Origin: Stegostoma tigrinum
Taxonomy: Eukaryota
Direction: 5' to 3'
NCBI RefSeq assembly: GCF_030684315.1
Contig: NC_081383.1
Coordinates: 36,148,180 to 36,212,179 of the forward strand
Length of the DNA: 64,000 nt
In this document: positions 10,109 to 21,730 of the stretch, piece by piece
Position numbering within the stretch: the stretch's first letter is position 1
How the letters are laid out: each line of letters starts with the position of its first letter
Made by a program: the position numbers and the translations under genes
Notes under the pieces: model-generated
What the model saw: only the letters and a program-made list of their open reading frames with translations
What the model was told of the DNA's origin: nothing
The model's database searches: none

Positions 10109-11140
10109 TGTTATAAAGCAGAGGCTGACCACCCCCCGCCCTCACCCCGAGAACTAAAACCAAAACTCCCAAAAAAGGAGTGCCTCACCACCCTATAATC
10201 TGTAAAAGTATGAAAAGTGGTGTAGTCTGCTTTTCAGCATCTTTTATTGGTTAAATTAAATAAATTCCCCATACTCACTTTGAAATCAACAAGTAACAAT
10301 TTATTTATCTCACTTTAACAGTGAACAAATTAACTAAACTATTGACAAACTGAATAAATCCCTTCTAACTGCTAACTATTCCTAACTAAAACGAGGTATG
10401 CTGTTCCCATAAATACGAGTCCCACTTATATATATATAAAAAATAGAATTTAGTCTCTCAAAATTGCAGCCAGATTACGTCTTCCAGAATGCTCTACGCC
10501 ACCTGCACCAATTCTTTTGTCAGGAATGCCTTCTCCATTGATTATTCTATCAGGAATGTTTACCAGTTGTGCCTTGAGTTCTGTTGTTATTTAGATGGTA
10601 CTTTCTTTGAACCATAGTCTGTGAGATCCAGCAATTCTCTTTTGAGAGCTGAAGGCCTTTAGCTCTGACAGATGACACCTCTCTCTCATCTTTGTCTAAC
10701 TGCCACTTTCTTTTATGCCCTTGATGGCATATCAATTTCTTACAATAGTTTTGACAACACACAACAATCCTATCAGATTTAAATTTCATAGGTTTCTGGT
10801 ATCTAAAGGCCTGGTTCAAATTGATTGGTTAAATTCAAAAACTTCTTGTCTTGGTAAAGACTGTTGCTTGGTCTGCTACTTGTATGGCCTCTTGATACAA
10901 ATGTTTTAATTTGGATGCTCTCTGCGTATGCACACATCCCCAAGTTGCTGCTAACAAACATCCATTTTAAATCTCTATGCTCTGAAAAAACACACAATCT
11001 TTTAAAAGGGATCACACAATGCTTTCCCCCCCTAGCATTTTACAAACATCAAATTCTAACTTCCTGCCTCCCAACCCATAAAGTAGTCTACTCAACTTTG
11101 CAACACAAAGATAGAAAGTATAGATAGTCAATATCTAACA
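10109..11140. mobile_element. Probable solo LTR inserted in the CR1 inter-ORF region
   Basis: 1-kb non-CR1 block with TGTTA...TAACA termini; aacagac repeated at both flanks; CR1 homology resumes on both sides. Confidence 0.5.
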
Positions 11141-12493
11141 GACAATCAATAAATGAGATGAGAATTTACAAAAAGAATAGGAAGATTAAAACCGAAGACT
11201 GTATCTGAATGCACACTGCATTCAAAACAAAATAAAGGAACTGACAGCAAATACAGAAATATGCAAGTACTATCCAGTGGCCATTACAGAGACATGCTGC
11301 AGGATGGCATGGATTGAGACCAGAATCCTGAAGGGTACAGGACATTCAGGAAGAATAAGAAACCAGGATGAGTACAGGCATTGCTCTGTTAGTTAATGAA
11401 TGCAAAAGGAGATGTCTCAAATTTAGGAAACTAGGATGTGGAAAAGCTTTGGGTACCGATAAGAACAAAAAGTGAAAATTTACTTGTAGAAGTGCTATTC
11501 AGACACCTTACAGTAATTTCATGGTGATGGATGGATGCATAAAGGAAGAAACAGAGAGAATGTTTCAGAAAGGCACAACAATCATTGGAGATTTTAATCT
11601 ACATGTAGCTTGAAAAAAATCAGATAGTCTAAGGTAGCTTAGATGAGAAGTTCACAGAACATTTTCAGAAATTTCTCAGAAAAGATGCAGTCAAACAGAG
11701 ATTAGGCTTTGTGATACTGACATTATGCAACAAGATACAATTGATAAATAATTTCAAAGTGAAGCCACCCCAATGAACAAGTGATATAATGTTTGAATTT
11801 TGCATTCAGTTTGATAGAAAGAGGGACGGATCAGAGACTATTTAAAAAAAATTAAGTAAGGGCAATTATGAGGTCATAAAAGCAGAGGTGGTTAAAGTGA
11901 ACTGGCAAATTAGGTTTAAGAATAGATCTGCAGACTTACAGGCTTTTAAGGGGATATTTCAGAATACACAGAATTGATACATTTGAAACATTAAGAAAAA
12001 CTCCCGGGGCACATCCACCATCCACAGTTAACGAGACATGTTACAGATAGCCTTAAACTACAAAAGGCTTATCGTTTTGCAATGTCAGGTGGCAGGCCCA
12101 CAACCTTGTTTCAGGGACAGTCTCACTGGATTGTAAGATGATTAATATAACTCCTTTGTTTCAAAAGTGAAGATGACAGCAAGCAAGAAACTACATGCAA
12201 GCTAACTTAACATCTGTCATCAGGAAAACATTGGAAGTTACTATTAAAGTTATAGCAGGGCACTTGAATAGGTTTGAAGTGATCAGACAGAGTCAACATG
12301 GTTTTGAGAAAGGGAACTATTGGATTTTTTTCTGTGATAACACATGCAGTGGGATATACCAGTAGATTTCCAAAAGGCATTTGATAAAGGTGTCTCAAAG
12401 GTTGTTGTGAAAAATAAAAACTCATGATGTAGTCAGATGCATATTGGCATAGATGCATGATTGATTGGCTATCAGGAAGCAGACAGCAGTCCT

Positions 12494-12812
12494 AGATTGG
12501 ATTAGATTACCTACAGTGTGCAAACAGGCCCTTCAGCCCAACAAGTCCACACTGCCCCTTGAAGCATCCCACCCAGTCCCATCCCCCGTTAACCCACACA
12601 CCCCTGAACACTATGGGCAATTTAGCACGGACAGTTTATCTAACCTGCACATCTTTGGACTGTGGGAAGAAACTTGGAGCACCCGGAGGAAACCCACACA
12701 GACATGGGGAGAATGTGCAAACTCCACACAGACATTCGCTCAAGGCTGGAATCGAACCTGGGTCCTGAACCTGTGAGGCTGTAGCGCTAACCACTGAGCC
12801 ACCATGCCGCCC
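12494..12812 (-). mobile_element. HE1-type tRNA-derived V-SINE
   Basis: Minus strand starts gggcggcatggtggctcagtggttagc (A box)...ggttcgattcc (B box), then the V-domain gtgtggagtttgcacattctcccc and a CR1-like tail. Confidence 0.9.
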
Positions 12813-13399
12813 CCAATGGATCTTTTTCAGGTTGGCAAGGATTAAAGAGTGGTGTGCCACAAGGATTTGTTCTGGAACTCAGACTGTTTATAACAACTTA
12901 CATTATGACTTACATGGAGGAACAGAAAATGCGTGTCAAATTTATTGATGATACTTTCCTGCCAAGGGGGGCTCAAAAAAAGAGACAGGCTATATAAATG
13001 GTAGCAGATTGCAGAGCCACGAGACCCCGAGGGATCTGGATGTCTTAGTGAATAGTCCTAATGTATCACAGGTACAACAGCCAATTAGGGAAAACTAACA
13101 GAATGTTAATATTTATCACAACGGCTATTGAATACAAAAATAAATGGTTATGTTTCAGTTATACATAACACTGGTGACATCACATCAACATTAATGTGAA
13201 CAGAATTGTTTCCCTAAATTAAGGGAGAACTTAAATACATTGGAGCTAGATCAGCAAAGGTATATTAGATTAATATTTTGGAGCGAGTCTGGCTTACATG
13301 GAAAGGTTGTTTGGGTTAGGCTTGTATCTGCTGATGTTTGGAAGCATAAAACAGGTGGCTTGATTGAAGCACAACATCCTGAGAGGTCATGACAGGATA

Positions 13400-13735
13400 G
13401 GTCTGGAAAGGTTACGGGAGTTCCTGGATTTTGACCCAACAACAGTAAAGAAATTATGATGTATTCCTAATTCAAGATGATGGATGGTTGCGGGGGAAGA
13501 ACTTGCAGGTGGAGGCATTCCCGTCCTTTCAGATGCTATTAGTCATCGGTTTGGAAGGTACTGTCCAAGGAGCTTTGCTGAAGGGAGGGGTGAACATTTG
13601 GGGATGTGGCAACAATCAAGCAGCTGCTTTGTCCTGGATAGTAAGCATCTTGATTGTTGATAAAGATGCATTCATCCAGGCAAGTGTGCAGTGTGGCGCT
13701 TTGTACCTTGCAGATGGCGGATAGGCTTTGGGCAG
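13400..13735 (-). mobile_element. L2-clade LINE fragment
   Basis: Reverse complement resembles the 57310-57935 family (gaagaacttgcaggtgg...caatcaagcagctgctttgtcctggata...ttcatccaggcaagtg). Confidence 0.65.
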
Positions 13736-13764
13736 GAGTAAATACTTATACAGTCTATATTATC

Positions 13765-14102
13765 AAATCATCATAGAAATCCTACAACGTGGAAGCAGGC
13801 CATCGGGCACATCAAGTCCACTCTCCGAAAAGCATCCTCGCTAGGCTCATCCCCCTACCTTATCCCTGTAATTCTGCATTTCCCATGGCTAAGCCAAGTA
13901 GCTTGCACATGTCTGGACACTGTGGGCAATTTAGCATGGCCAGTCCACCTATCCTACACATGTGTGGAATGTGGGAGGAAACCCACGCAGACATGGCGAG
14001 AATGTGCAAACTCCATACAGATAGCCGCCTGAGGCTGGAATCGAAACTGGATCCCTGGAGCTGTGAGGCAGCAGTGCTAACCACTGAGCCACTGTGCTGC
14101 CC
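13765..14102 (-). mobile_element. HE1-type V-SINE
   Basis: Same head, V-domain and tail as 12494-12812. Confidence 0.9.
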
Positions 14103-14299
14103 CCATTATTTTATTTTTTTTTAAAAAGGTACAAGTTTTGTATTTTATTAGCAGAGGAACTTACGATACCATCACCTTCAGCGGAACAATAATTGAAAGA
14201 AGCACCAAAGGTGGCAAGGTCACAAAATGCCTTCTGGGTGGGAAACTATAGCATCCATATGACCAAGTGTTGTTCATCAGGAATATTGCTGACCAAGTT

Positions 14300-14780
14300 G
14301 ATCGAGTCCTGAAAAATATTTCTGCTAGTGTAGGCCTGGAGCAGGTGCTGAAGAAGCAAAGGAGAGGGAGAAACATACTTGATCTCACTCTCACCAATCA
14401 GCCTGCTGCAGATGCATCTATCCATGATAATAGAGTGACCACCTTCACATTGAGAATATCCTCAATTATGTTGTGCTGCCTATCACCATGCTACATGGGT
14501 AAATTTTTGAAAAGATCTCACCTCAACTGGTCACCCATCAGCAGCAGCTGATTTGTACTCCAACATAATTGCTGCCCAGCATATGCTTCCCTCCAGCATT
14601 ACCATGCAGGATAACATACAAGGACTAACACTAAGCATACCTAAAAATGGTGCCAGCCTGGTGAAGCTACAAAAAAGTACTTGCATGCCAAACAGCACGA
14701 GTGAGTGATGGAGCAAAGCGACAGATCAGATTCAGGACCTGTAGTCCTCCCACATCTAATTGCGCATAGTGGTGCACAAC
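14300..14780 (+). mobile_element. L2-clade LINE ORF2 fragment
   Basis: GLEQVLKKQRRGRNILDLTLTN, the endonuclease C-terminal LDL motif (ORF 14267-14551). Confidence 0.7.
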
Positions 14781-15769
14781 CAAATCTGGAAGAATCTTTC
14801 CATTGAGTCTGTGCTATTTCTGAAACAGGAATTCTTTTATTCCCGTTCTTTCCCTATAGGTCTGTAGTTTTGTTCTCCTTGAAGTATTAAATTCAATTTC
14901 TCGTTGAAAGGTACTATTGAAACTGCATCTAACATCCCATTAGGCACAGCATTCTAAATTCCAATCAATCATTCACTGCATTGTGTGGCCTCTTCAGTTC
15001 CCGGGATGAAAGAACTTCTCCCTCTCAGTAACATGGGTTAAGCAGATCAAAACAGCACTCAATACTGAGTAATATTTTAGTAACTTTTACGCATTTTTAA
15101 AAAAGGACCCGGAGAAATACTTAAGGGTAGGCAGAACATCATCCGTTTTAATCAATGATTTATTTCACATTGTTTACTGAAAAGGCTATGTCCACATTCA
15201 GTCAGTGCTAACATTTTTCGTGTATTCAAAGGGAAAGGAAATTTATTCTCGATTGCTGCAGCAGGTTGTGAAAGTGATCATTCACTTCTGAAACTGGGTT
15301 TGATTTTAGTTTGGGCTGATGGAATAAACGTGAGCTCTCCGACAGTTATAGGAGATCCTCAAAAGATACGGGTTTGAGCCAGTTTCTTGAAGCAACTTCA
15401 CAAGACTGTTTCAACAGATTCTCAGGCAATTGCAAAATTCAGAACACGTATTAATTTCTTGTTTCCAGGCTCCCTTCAGCTATGGAAAAGCATGGAATGT
15501 ACTGTGCCCACAGGAATAGAACCTATACATCTGGGTGATTCTAATTCAACGTGCTGGTGATATACCCAAAGGACATGACATAAACAGGGGAGGAAAGAGA
15601 TATATAATCAAATAATGGCTGGGTTAGATTGCAGACTGAACAGTAAAGAAGCAACAAGCTCAGGTTTTCAGGACACGAAAAGAACACCTTAGTTGGAGAT
15701 AGTGTAGTGAACACTTTTATTAGAATTTGGTGAGCTTAAAGCAGGCAAGAGTCTATAAAAGGCCATACA

Positions 15770-16150
15770 GCAGAGTTACTGGCGATATCACTAGACTGAA
15801 AGTTGAGAGGCCTCAGGTAATGCTCTGGTGATGTGAGTTCAAATCTCATTAGTGTCTGGTAGAACTTAAATTCAGTTAATAAAATATGGAATTTAAAGAT
15901 AGTCACAGTTGTGGTCAACATTGATAAACCATGAATACTGTAAAAACCCACCCGATTCATGGATTCTCCTCAGGAAGAGAATTCCCCTTTCTTACCTGGT
16001 CTGGCCTATATATAACTCCAGATGTACAGTAATGTTTTTGACTCTTAACTGTCCTCTAAAAGGGCCTAACAAGTCAAAGGCAATTGGGCATTAACAACAA
16101 AAGGTAGGCTCACTAGTGATGCCCACATCCCATGTAAGAATGAGAAAAAA
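15770..16150 (+). mobile_element. SacSINE1-like DeuSINE
   Basis: tRNA-like head (gagttcaaatc), core ttacctggtctggccta...gactcttaactg, tail gatgcccacatcccatg...aaaaaaa shared with the L2-clade LINE tails in this window. Confidence 0.75.
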
Positions 16151-17109
16151 AGTCTACTAATCCCACCAAATAGGCTCAGAAATGCATTAAAACATTTAAC
16201 TATAGATCTTACCATCCACAAAATAATTTCTCATTTTGACATCTGCCCCAGCAACAGGTCTAAGCCAGGTTTGCTAAGAAAGCATTGGATGCGACATACA
16301 AGACAAGCTGTGGGAGGGGGAGACAAACTGAATTGTGTGAAAGCATCTTGAGGTGGTTCAAATTCTATTTGGAGATAGCAATAATTCTTTTTCTAAATTG
16401 TCCAGCAAGTTCAAAACTGGAATGAGAAACAGAGCAGGTCATAGTATCAGGCAGATCTGGTTTCTGGGTCAATAATGCTCTTTAGTGTTGGCTTATTGTG
16501 TTGAGCAAGTGCACTAGACCACCAAAATCATGGAAACAAGTAACTACTACAAAGTGCATTGGGGCACAGATGCCTCGTAAATTTGTGGTTATAGTCATTG
16601 GAGGCCAAGATATTATAAAGTTCAGAATGATATAGAGCACAGGAGGCTACTTTGCACACAGCATAATTGAACTGATAAGAAACACATCCAAGATGTGTGC
16701 CCAAAGACACCAACAATGTGTTATCACAGTGTTACTGAAGCTGGTGCAATGCTAAGATTAAAAAAATTGATTGAGAACGTGCTGGCAGTGATGTCCTTAT
16801 GCACTCCTTTTACAAGAGTTACAAAGCAAGATCGGCCCTGTTCTGGGGTTATTCAAAGGTTCACTTAACATGTAGCAGATGAAGTGCTTCAGACTTTGTG
16901 CTCTGACACTTCCTGAAAGTACTGTGGTGAGTTGCTGATGGAGCTTTTTGGATTATTCTTTTTGCTAACTGCAGATAGGTGGAAAAATCACATTTTTGTG
17001 CATTGGCAAAGAACTAGCAATTGTGGTGGCTCTTGCTTGCTTTGAAACCTTTGGAGGCTTTTACTTCATAAACATGCAATCTCATTCACGTGGATCTGGA
17101 ATCTTAAAT

Positions 17110-17440
17110 AGGACAAAGTGGTTGTGAAGAACAGAGTGACCATCGTGTTTAATGCTGTGGGATCCTTCGAGATGGTGTCACAATCTGCAGTACGCAGAAC
17201 CGTCGGGGCTGTCACAGAAACCTTGTCCAGAAAAACAGGGAAATTCACTCTCTTCTCAGAGGAATAAAAAAGCAGAGCAATTTGTTTAGGTAGTGGGCTT
17301 TCTGACAACAGAAGCACCTTCTGCTGTACACAAGTCACTGCGACTCTCTGATGAGGGGGTAATACTGCAACAGTCAATACATAGTTGGTGTATGGCCCTG
17401 GTAAAAGGCCTAACAGCCATAATAATGCTTTTATCCTATG
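17110..17440 (+). mobile_element. PIF/Harbinger transposase (HARBI1-like) fragment
   Basis: VVVKNRVTIVFNAVGSFEMVSQSAVRRTVGAVTETL resembles the Harbinger GSFQ...SQSAV..I..VT.AL helix-turn-helix; followed by CTQV (DCTHV-like) and xLVY (QLVC-like) remnants. Confidence 0.55.
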
Positions 17441-17449
17441 ACGGGAGAC

Positions 17450-17775
17450 CCTGGCAAAGTGGAAATGTTATGGGACTAGCAATCCAAATACCAGGCCAAA
17501 GCTCTGGGGATACAGGTTTTGAACCCCACCGTGGTTGATGGTGAAATTTGAATTTAATTATAAAAATGCGAGCCTAAAGGTGACCATGTAACCATCGTTT
17601 GTTGTAAAAACATATTTGGTCCACTAATGTACTTTCAGGAAGGAAATATGCCATCTGTACCTGGTCTGGCCTACATGACTTCTGACCTTCAAGGTGGGTG
17701 ATTCTTAACTCTAGGCAATTATGGATAGGCAATAATTGCTCACCTACTTAGTGCTGCCCACATCCCATGAACATA
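17450..17775 (+). mobile_element. SacSINE1-like DeuSINE
   Basis: Same core (tacctggtctggcctacatgact) and tail (gcccacatcccatgaa) as 15770-16150. Confidence 0.75.
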
Positions 17776-18169
17776 TAGTATAGTAATTCCCATTGCCTTC
17801 AGGCCAAAAAGACAGACCATAACTGGCTGCTGAGAGAGTTAGGAACTCCCTCCTCTGCACACAGCTCAGGATTTCCTTCTATTTCACTAATTCAGCGGTT
17901 AAATGGCCTTTAATGCAAGACTAGATCTATCTACAACACTGAGGAGCATGCCATCAGTTTTCTAAAGCAAAAACTTGGCTGCTTGTGGTAGGGATGGAAA
18001 TCTCTGATACAAACCTGACAGGATATCTGTTGTGTGCTACATTCTACACAACCGTACAATTCTGAAGGCCCAGCTGCAACGTCCCTGGATTTTAAGGGCA
18101 AGAAGCTGAGGAAGAGGTGGAAAGGAGGTGACCACATCTGTCACGTGCAATTAGACAAGAGGAATTTGA

Positions 18170-18270
18170 GTTTTGAAGAAGAGTCACTTTACTTTGAAAC
18201 TTTAACGTTGCTCTCTCCCCACAGATGCTGCCAGGCCTGCTGAGTTGTATGAGCAATTTCTGTTTTTGAG
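18170..18270 (+). mobile_element. Penelope-derived short element, family B
   Basis: ttgaagaagagtcac...gaaac...ctctctcccacagatgctgccaggcctgctgag. Confidence 0.65.
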
Positions 18271-19033
18271 GATTGGGGATTTGCTTTGCTTGAAATGAAC
18301 CTACTTTCATGTGGCCACACCACTGCATTAGTTTCAGACACCCAAGCAAAAACTTCACTTGACCAACATTATTAAATAGGGTCAATAGCAAAAGCCTTCA
18401 CTGAACAACATTTTACACCTATATGTAAATAACACAATAGCACATTCTCTTTGTGCTGTTTTGCAGGAACCTACATCAGTCAGTCTTTCTAAGCAGTGCC
18501 ACTCCAACAACTGCAATTGGTAGAAGTCTGTGGATGTTCAATGATGGATACTATAGATGGCCTTGCAAGATGCCCTTGAGCAGTTCCAGACCCAGAACTG
18601 GATTGCACCACCAAATCACAAGTTACAGCAGTCTAGGTTGGGCTGGCTAAGAGATAACAGCAAGGGCACAGGCACAGCAGCAATGGTGAGAGCATGAATG
18701 TTACTATTCTGAGAGAAGGTGGAAGTTTCAGGCTCCACAGAGACACTACTACTCCCTTGGGGTCACGCTTCAGCAATAATTGTAATTTCTTGGAACATAT
18801 TAAGCACCAAGATCAACTTTCATATTGTCAACTTTCTGCGCCTGGATTAGAGGAATCTGGGATGGCATGCTTCCCCAACATAGCAGGAGGCCTCTGCATG
18901 TGCTACTTCCAACTGAACAATATCCAGAATTTCTTTCATAATGGGTTAGTTTGACTGTGCTGTTATGGAGTATCCATTATGTCCAGTAGAAGGAATGGGT
19001 TCAAGCACTATGCAATGCCCTGTAACAGAGCTG

Positions 19034-19153
19034 TTCTGAAGAAGTCATCCTGGACATGAAATATTAATTCTATTTCTCTCTCTATAGATACTGTCAGACA
19101 TGCAGCTTTTTTTTTAAATTTCAGATTTTCAGCATCTACAGTAATATGCTTTT
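19034..19153 (+). mobile_element. Penelope-derived short element, family B (old)
   Basis: ttctgaagaagtcatcctggacatgaaatattaattc...ttcagattttcagcatctacagt; short flanking repeat agctgttc/agctgctc. Confidence 0.6.
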
Positions 19154-20284
19154 AGCTGCTCAAGGGCATCTTGCAAGGCCATCTACAGTATCCACCAATG
19201 AAAATCCACAGTACTTGCCCATAGTTCATCACAATGGGGTCACTATCTGTGTTCTCTGTGGCATAACTGGTGTGTGACATCATCCTCTGGGGAGCTTGCA
19301 CATGAGCTGACTATACTTAACTGGCCTGACTGTAGGCCGTGCCTAGCAACTCACCACATGCCAATCCCAACTCCAGACTAGCCTCAAGGTAGGCATGGTG
19401 CCAGTAGCTGAGCTGGAGGCTGTATGTGGAAGATCAAACGATGATGCTTCTTCCTCAGTCATGTTTTCCTTTTGCTTGAGCAGCTGGCAGTTCTTGGCTA
19501 CCTGAAAGTACAAAAGTATAAAGGAAAGGTGTAGGGTATACCAGAAATCAGGAGGCCCCTGGTCACTCTAACTTGTGCGGCTAAGATAGAAGCTTACCAT
19601 GGATGGCCTCGACAGCATCAGGAGGTACTAACTTTGTGGCACTGATGTCCACAATCTTATGGACATCTTTTCAAGAATGGTCGATGCCTTCTGTTCCCCT
19701 GGCAGTCCCTTGTGTCTATTTTCATGTGGCCTTCTCCTGCAAGAGAGTGGTGAGATTATCTGACTGCATTACTGGAATTAGGATGTACCTAACATACCTA
19801 AATAGGTACAAATGAATTGACTAACCATGTCCACCTGAGACAGCTTATTATCTTTTCTAGAACCGCTACCATATTCTGGAAGCTACAATTTGCAATAAGC
19901 TTCCTGCTATCCTCTGATGTGATTCAGTCTTTAGTTTCCACTTCTCTAACCAGTATTTCAAGGGCGATGTCACTAAAACTGGGAGAACCCCCATTCCCTG
20001 GTGTCTCATTTTACTTCTCCAGCATCCTGCAGTTTATTGCTGAAACCTACGTATTACAGGGACAGCACCTTTTAAAAGGGCAAGTACTTGGGGCACTTAC
20101 TTACAACACTACTTAGTTCCCTATGGGGTGCTGAGGAAACTTTGAATGTCCAGTTCAGTACAGCTGCCACTTGTGGCCACAAATTTTATCTCCTGACCAC
20201 TTTGCTTCCAACCAGGGTGAACTACTTCTGAATCAGTGCCCCCATTTCCAAACTTCAGGGCACACATTTTCTAGTTGTGTAATA

Positions 20285-20412
20285 AAGACCTGAAGATGCT
20301 GGAGATCTGAAACAACTGAAAACTGAAATTTCTGAAGAAACCCAGAGGTCTGGTAGTATCTGGGTGAGAAAATAGAGTTAATGTTTTGAGTCCTGTGACC
20401 CTTCTTCACAAG
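20285..20412 (-). mobile_element. Penelope-derived short element, family B
   Basis: ctgaagatgctggagatctgaaac...ggtctggtagtatctg...gagttaatgttttgagtcctgtgacccttcttc. Confidence 0.65.
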
Positions 20413-21121
20413 TTAAAAGTTAAGAAGAAAGTAGGTCAAAATGTGACAACAGGAAGCAAGGTTGAGTGGACAGATGACATTGTCATCATCAGACTTTTAA
20501 AAAAAAAGCTCTGAATGGAAAGAAAACTTAAGTCAATCTTCAGCTTCCTAGTATACTTCCTGTTGTCTTTTCATGTCATTTTGTTCTATTGTAAGCTCAC
20601 GTAGCACATGAGAGAGTTGAAGAGCTTCACTTATGTGGACCAACTGGAAAGACTTAGATTGTTCTTCCTAGAGTGCAACAGGTTAAAAGATCATTTTTTT
20701 TTACAAGTATTCAAAATTATGAGCTTTGAAGAGCCATCAGGAAGGTCAGAAACCAGAGGAGCAGTTCAAGGACAATCCTAAGGTGGCGAACTAAGATTAA
20801 TTAATACATCAAGTTATGTGCAGGAACGTGTGGTGGATGCAGATCCAATAGTAGCTTTCAATGGAGTACTGGAGAATAGTAGAGAAAAATAGATCCATTG
20901 GAAGAGAGTAATCTGGCATAGGCACAACTGACACAATAGTGTCCTTCAGTGATGTATCAGCTTACTACTTGTCGCTCTGAAATCACATAATTTGGTTATT
21001 GGGTGATTTTTCTGTACATGAAAACAATAAAAGATTGCAAGTCTAAAATTCCTCATCTGGCATTTTTGAGCTGAATGTCAGTTATATAATCACACAATAC
21101 AGAGGGGCTTTTAGACCAGAG

Positions 21122-21347
21122 AACCAAAAGAACTGCGGATGCTGTAAATCAGGAACAAAAACAAAGTTGCTGGTAAAGCTCAGCAGGTCTGGCAGCATCT
21201 GTGGAGGAGAAAAAAAAGTTAACGTTTCAGGTCTGGTGATGCTTCCTCAGAAGTGATGGTGGTTGGCAAACGTTCCCAACTCTTTTTTTTCTCCTCCACA
21301 GATGCTGCCAGACCTGCTGAGCTTTTCCAGCAACTTTGTTTTGTTGC
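21122..21347 (-). mobile_element. Penelope-derived hairpin mini-element, family B, 12-bp or longer TSD
   Basis: Inverted arms ...aaagctcagcaggtctggcagcatctgtggaggagaaaaaaaa / ttttttttctcctccacagatgctgccagacctgctgagctttt. TSD tttagaccagag at 21110-21121 and 21348-21359. Confidence 0.85.
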
Positions 21348-21454
21348 TTTAGACCAGAGGCTGTGCTGAGCAGGTTGCAGCATTTTAGCTTTGAAGAGAA
21401 CCTGTTTAAGCTTTGTTGTTCACTTTGGAGTGGCAAGGACTCAGTGGGCACCTA

Positions 21455-21730
21455 CATGAGATATACAAGATTGAGTCAAGATGTCTAAGATAGGTGGATA
21501 AGAATCATTGTTCTCCTTAGTTGAAAGGTTAATAACAAGGGCCAACATTTTAAGGTGAAGGGCAAGAAGTTTAGAGGGGATTTGAGAAAACTCTTTTGCC
21601 CAAAGGGTGATGGGAATCTGGAATGCATTGCCTGAGAGGAAAGTAGAGGCAGGAAATCTCACAACCTTGAGAAGCATATGAATGATAACAGTCAAGACTA
21701 TGAGCCAAGTACTGTAAAGTAGAATTAGTG
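21455..21730 (+). mobile_element. CR1 3' fragment
   Basis: tttaaggtgaagggcaagaagtttagaggggatttgag...ggaatctggaatgcattgcctgag (ORF2 C-terminal WN.LP motif). Confidence 0.8.

Larger units (their letters stand above)
8900..13410 (+). mobile_element. Long degenerate CR1 LINE (ORF1 esterase + ORF2), multiply interrupted
   Basis: ORF1 motifs IVIVGDG, LCCLHGGKV, DPVIVVHGST, FMGIG (9540-9960). ORF2 motifs LYLNAHCIQNK, VAITET, IIGDFNL, TPLFQK, SQHGF, DFQKAFDKV, GVPQG, FIDD (11200-13400). Confidence 0.85.

Noticed and set aside
12740-12812. tRNA-like A/B boxes
   Set aside because: These are SINE heads, not tRNA genes; no cloverleaf 3' half.
12465-14124. ORFs of 69-111 aa
   Set aside because: They coincide with HE1 SINE and LINE fragments.
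15450-15540. Strong plus-strand acceptor (tttcttgtttccag|) with a short open frame
   Set aside because: Weak donor, no partner exons and no recognisable peptide.
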